Origin: Eledone cirrhosa
Taxonomy: Eukaryota
Assembly: GCA_964016885.1 (NCBI GenBank)
Contig: OZ024740.1
Span: 210,242,001 to 210,306,000 of the forward strand
Direction: 5' to 3'
DNA length: 64,000 nucleotides
Made by a program: the position numbers and the translations under genes. The notes beneath the pieces are model-generated. The model worked only from the letters and a program-made list of their open reading frames with translations, searched no databases and was not told the origin of the DNA. Each line of letters starts with the position of its first letter. Position 1 is the first letter of the stretch. This document shows, piece after piece, positions 63,489-64,000 of the stretch.

Positions 63489-64000
63489 AGACGTAAAATA
63501 AGAAAATTATAAAATTAACTTACTTACTAAAATATCACTTCCAACTAATTAGTTTCTGGAATGGAGTAGATACATCTTCCGAAGAAGGTGTAGAGAAACA
63601 TCCCGTCATCAGGAAAGTCAATTCTCATATAAGTTTCCAGGCAAAGCGAGGACTCTGGGAGCTTATTAAAAAATAAATCAGTGAATAGGAAATAGCAGAG
63701 CGTGGACTTAATTCCTAGCCATTGAGAAAATCACTGCCTCTGTGTCTGTGGCAAATTCAAAAAGAATCGAACACGTGACATCGAGGTCAATCGGTGGAAA
63801 GTGGGTTGTTAATAAGACAGCGGCCAGCCTACTACCGTAGCAGCAGCCATGGCCAGTATTGCTCGACAAATATTTTGGAGATAATAATAAAGAATTTATA
63901 TCTAGTAACATATATATACATACAAATGCATATCGATGCTAGCAAATATATAGGTTTTGTCTTAATAACATTGTGGTTCAATGCATGGGGTTGCAGAACA

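Overview
This is AT-rich, repeat-dense animal DNA, not prokaryotic. Its SINE families resemble those I recall from coleoid cephalopods (Octopus-like; an inference, no search run). No intact host gene is evident; there are only two weak candidate exons. Main contents: (1) A ~26 kb decamer satellite (YTACAGCCAC)n at 7552-33445, with two strand switches marked by the same 12-mer and a nested higher-order structure. All the long YSHLQPPTAT ORFs come from it. (2) A very young, 6.3 kb head-to-head Penelope-like retroelement (RT + GIY-YIG) at 57147-63453, with a type I hammerhead ribozyme in each arm. An older element of the same architecture lies at 3231-5095, and other PLE remnants are present. (3) A frameshifted, helicase-less Helentron/Helitron2 at about 50500-57120. 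It has an N-terminal 2A-like motif, a convergent BACK-like cargo ORF and an inverted-repeat-bracketed GC-rich cassette. (4) A full-length DD37D (maT) Tc1/mariner element with one internal stop. (5) A two-copy fold-back hairpin family in (TA)n, several MITEs, many SINEs and microsatellites. Coordinates were counted by hand and may be off by a few bases.
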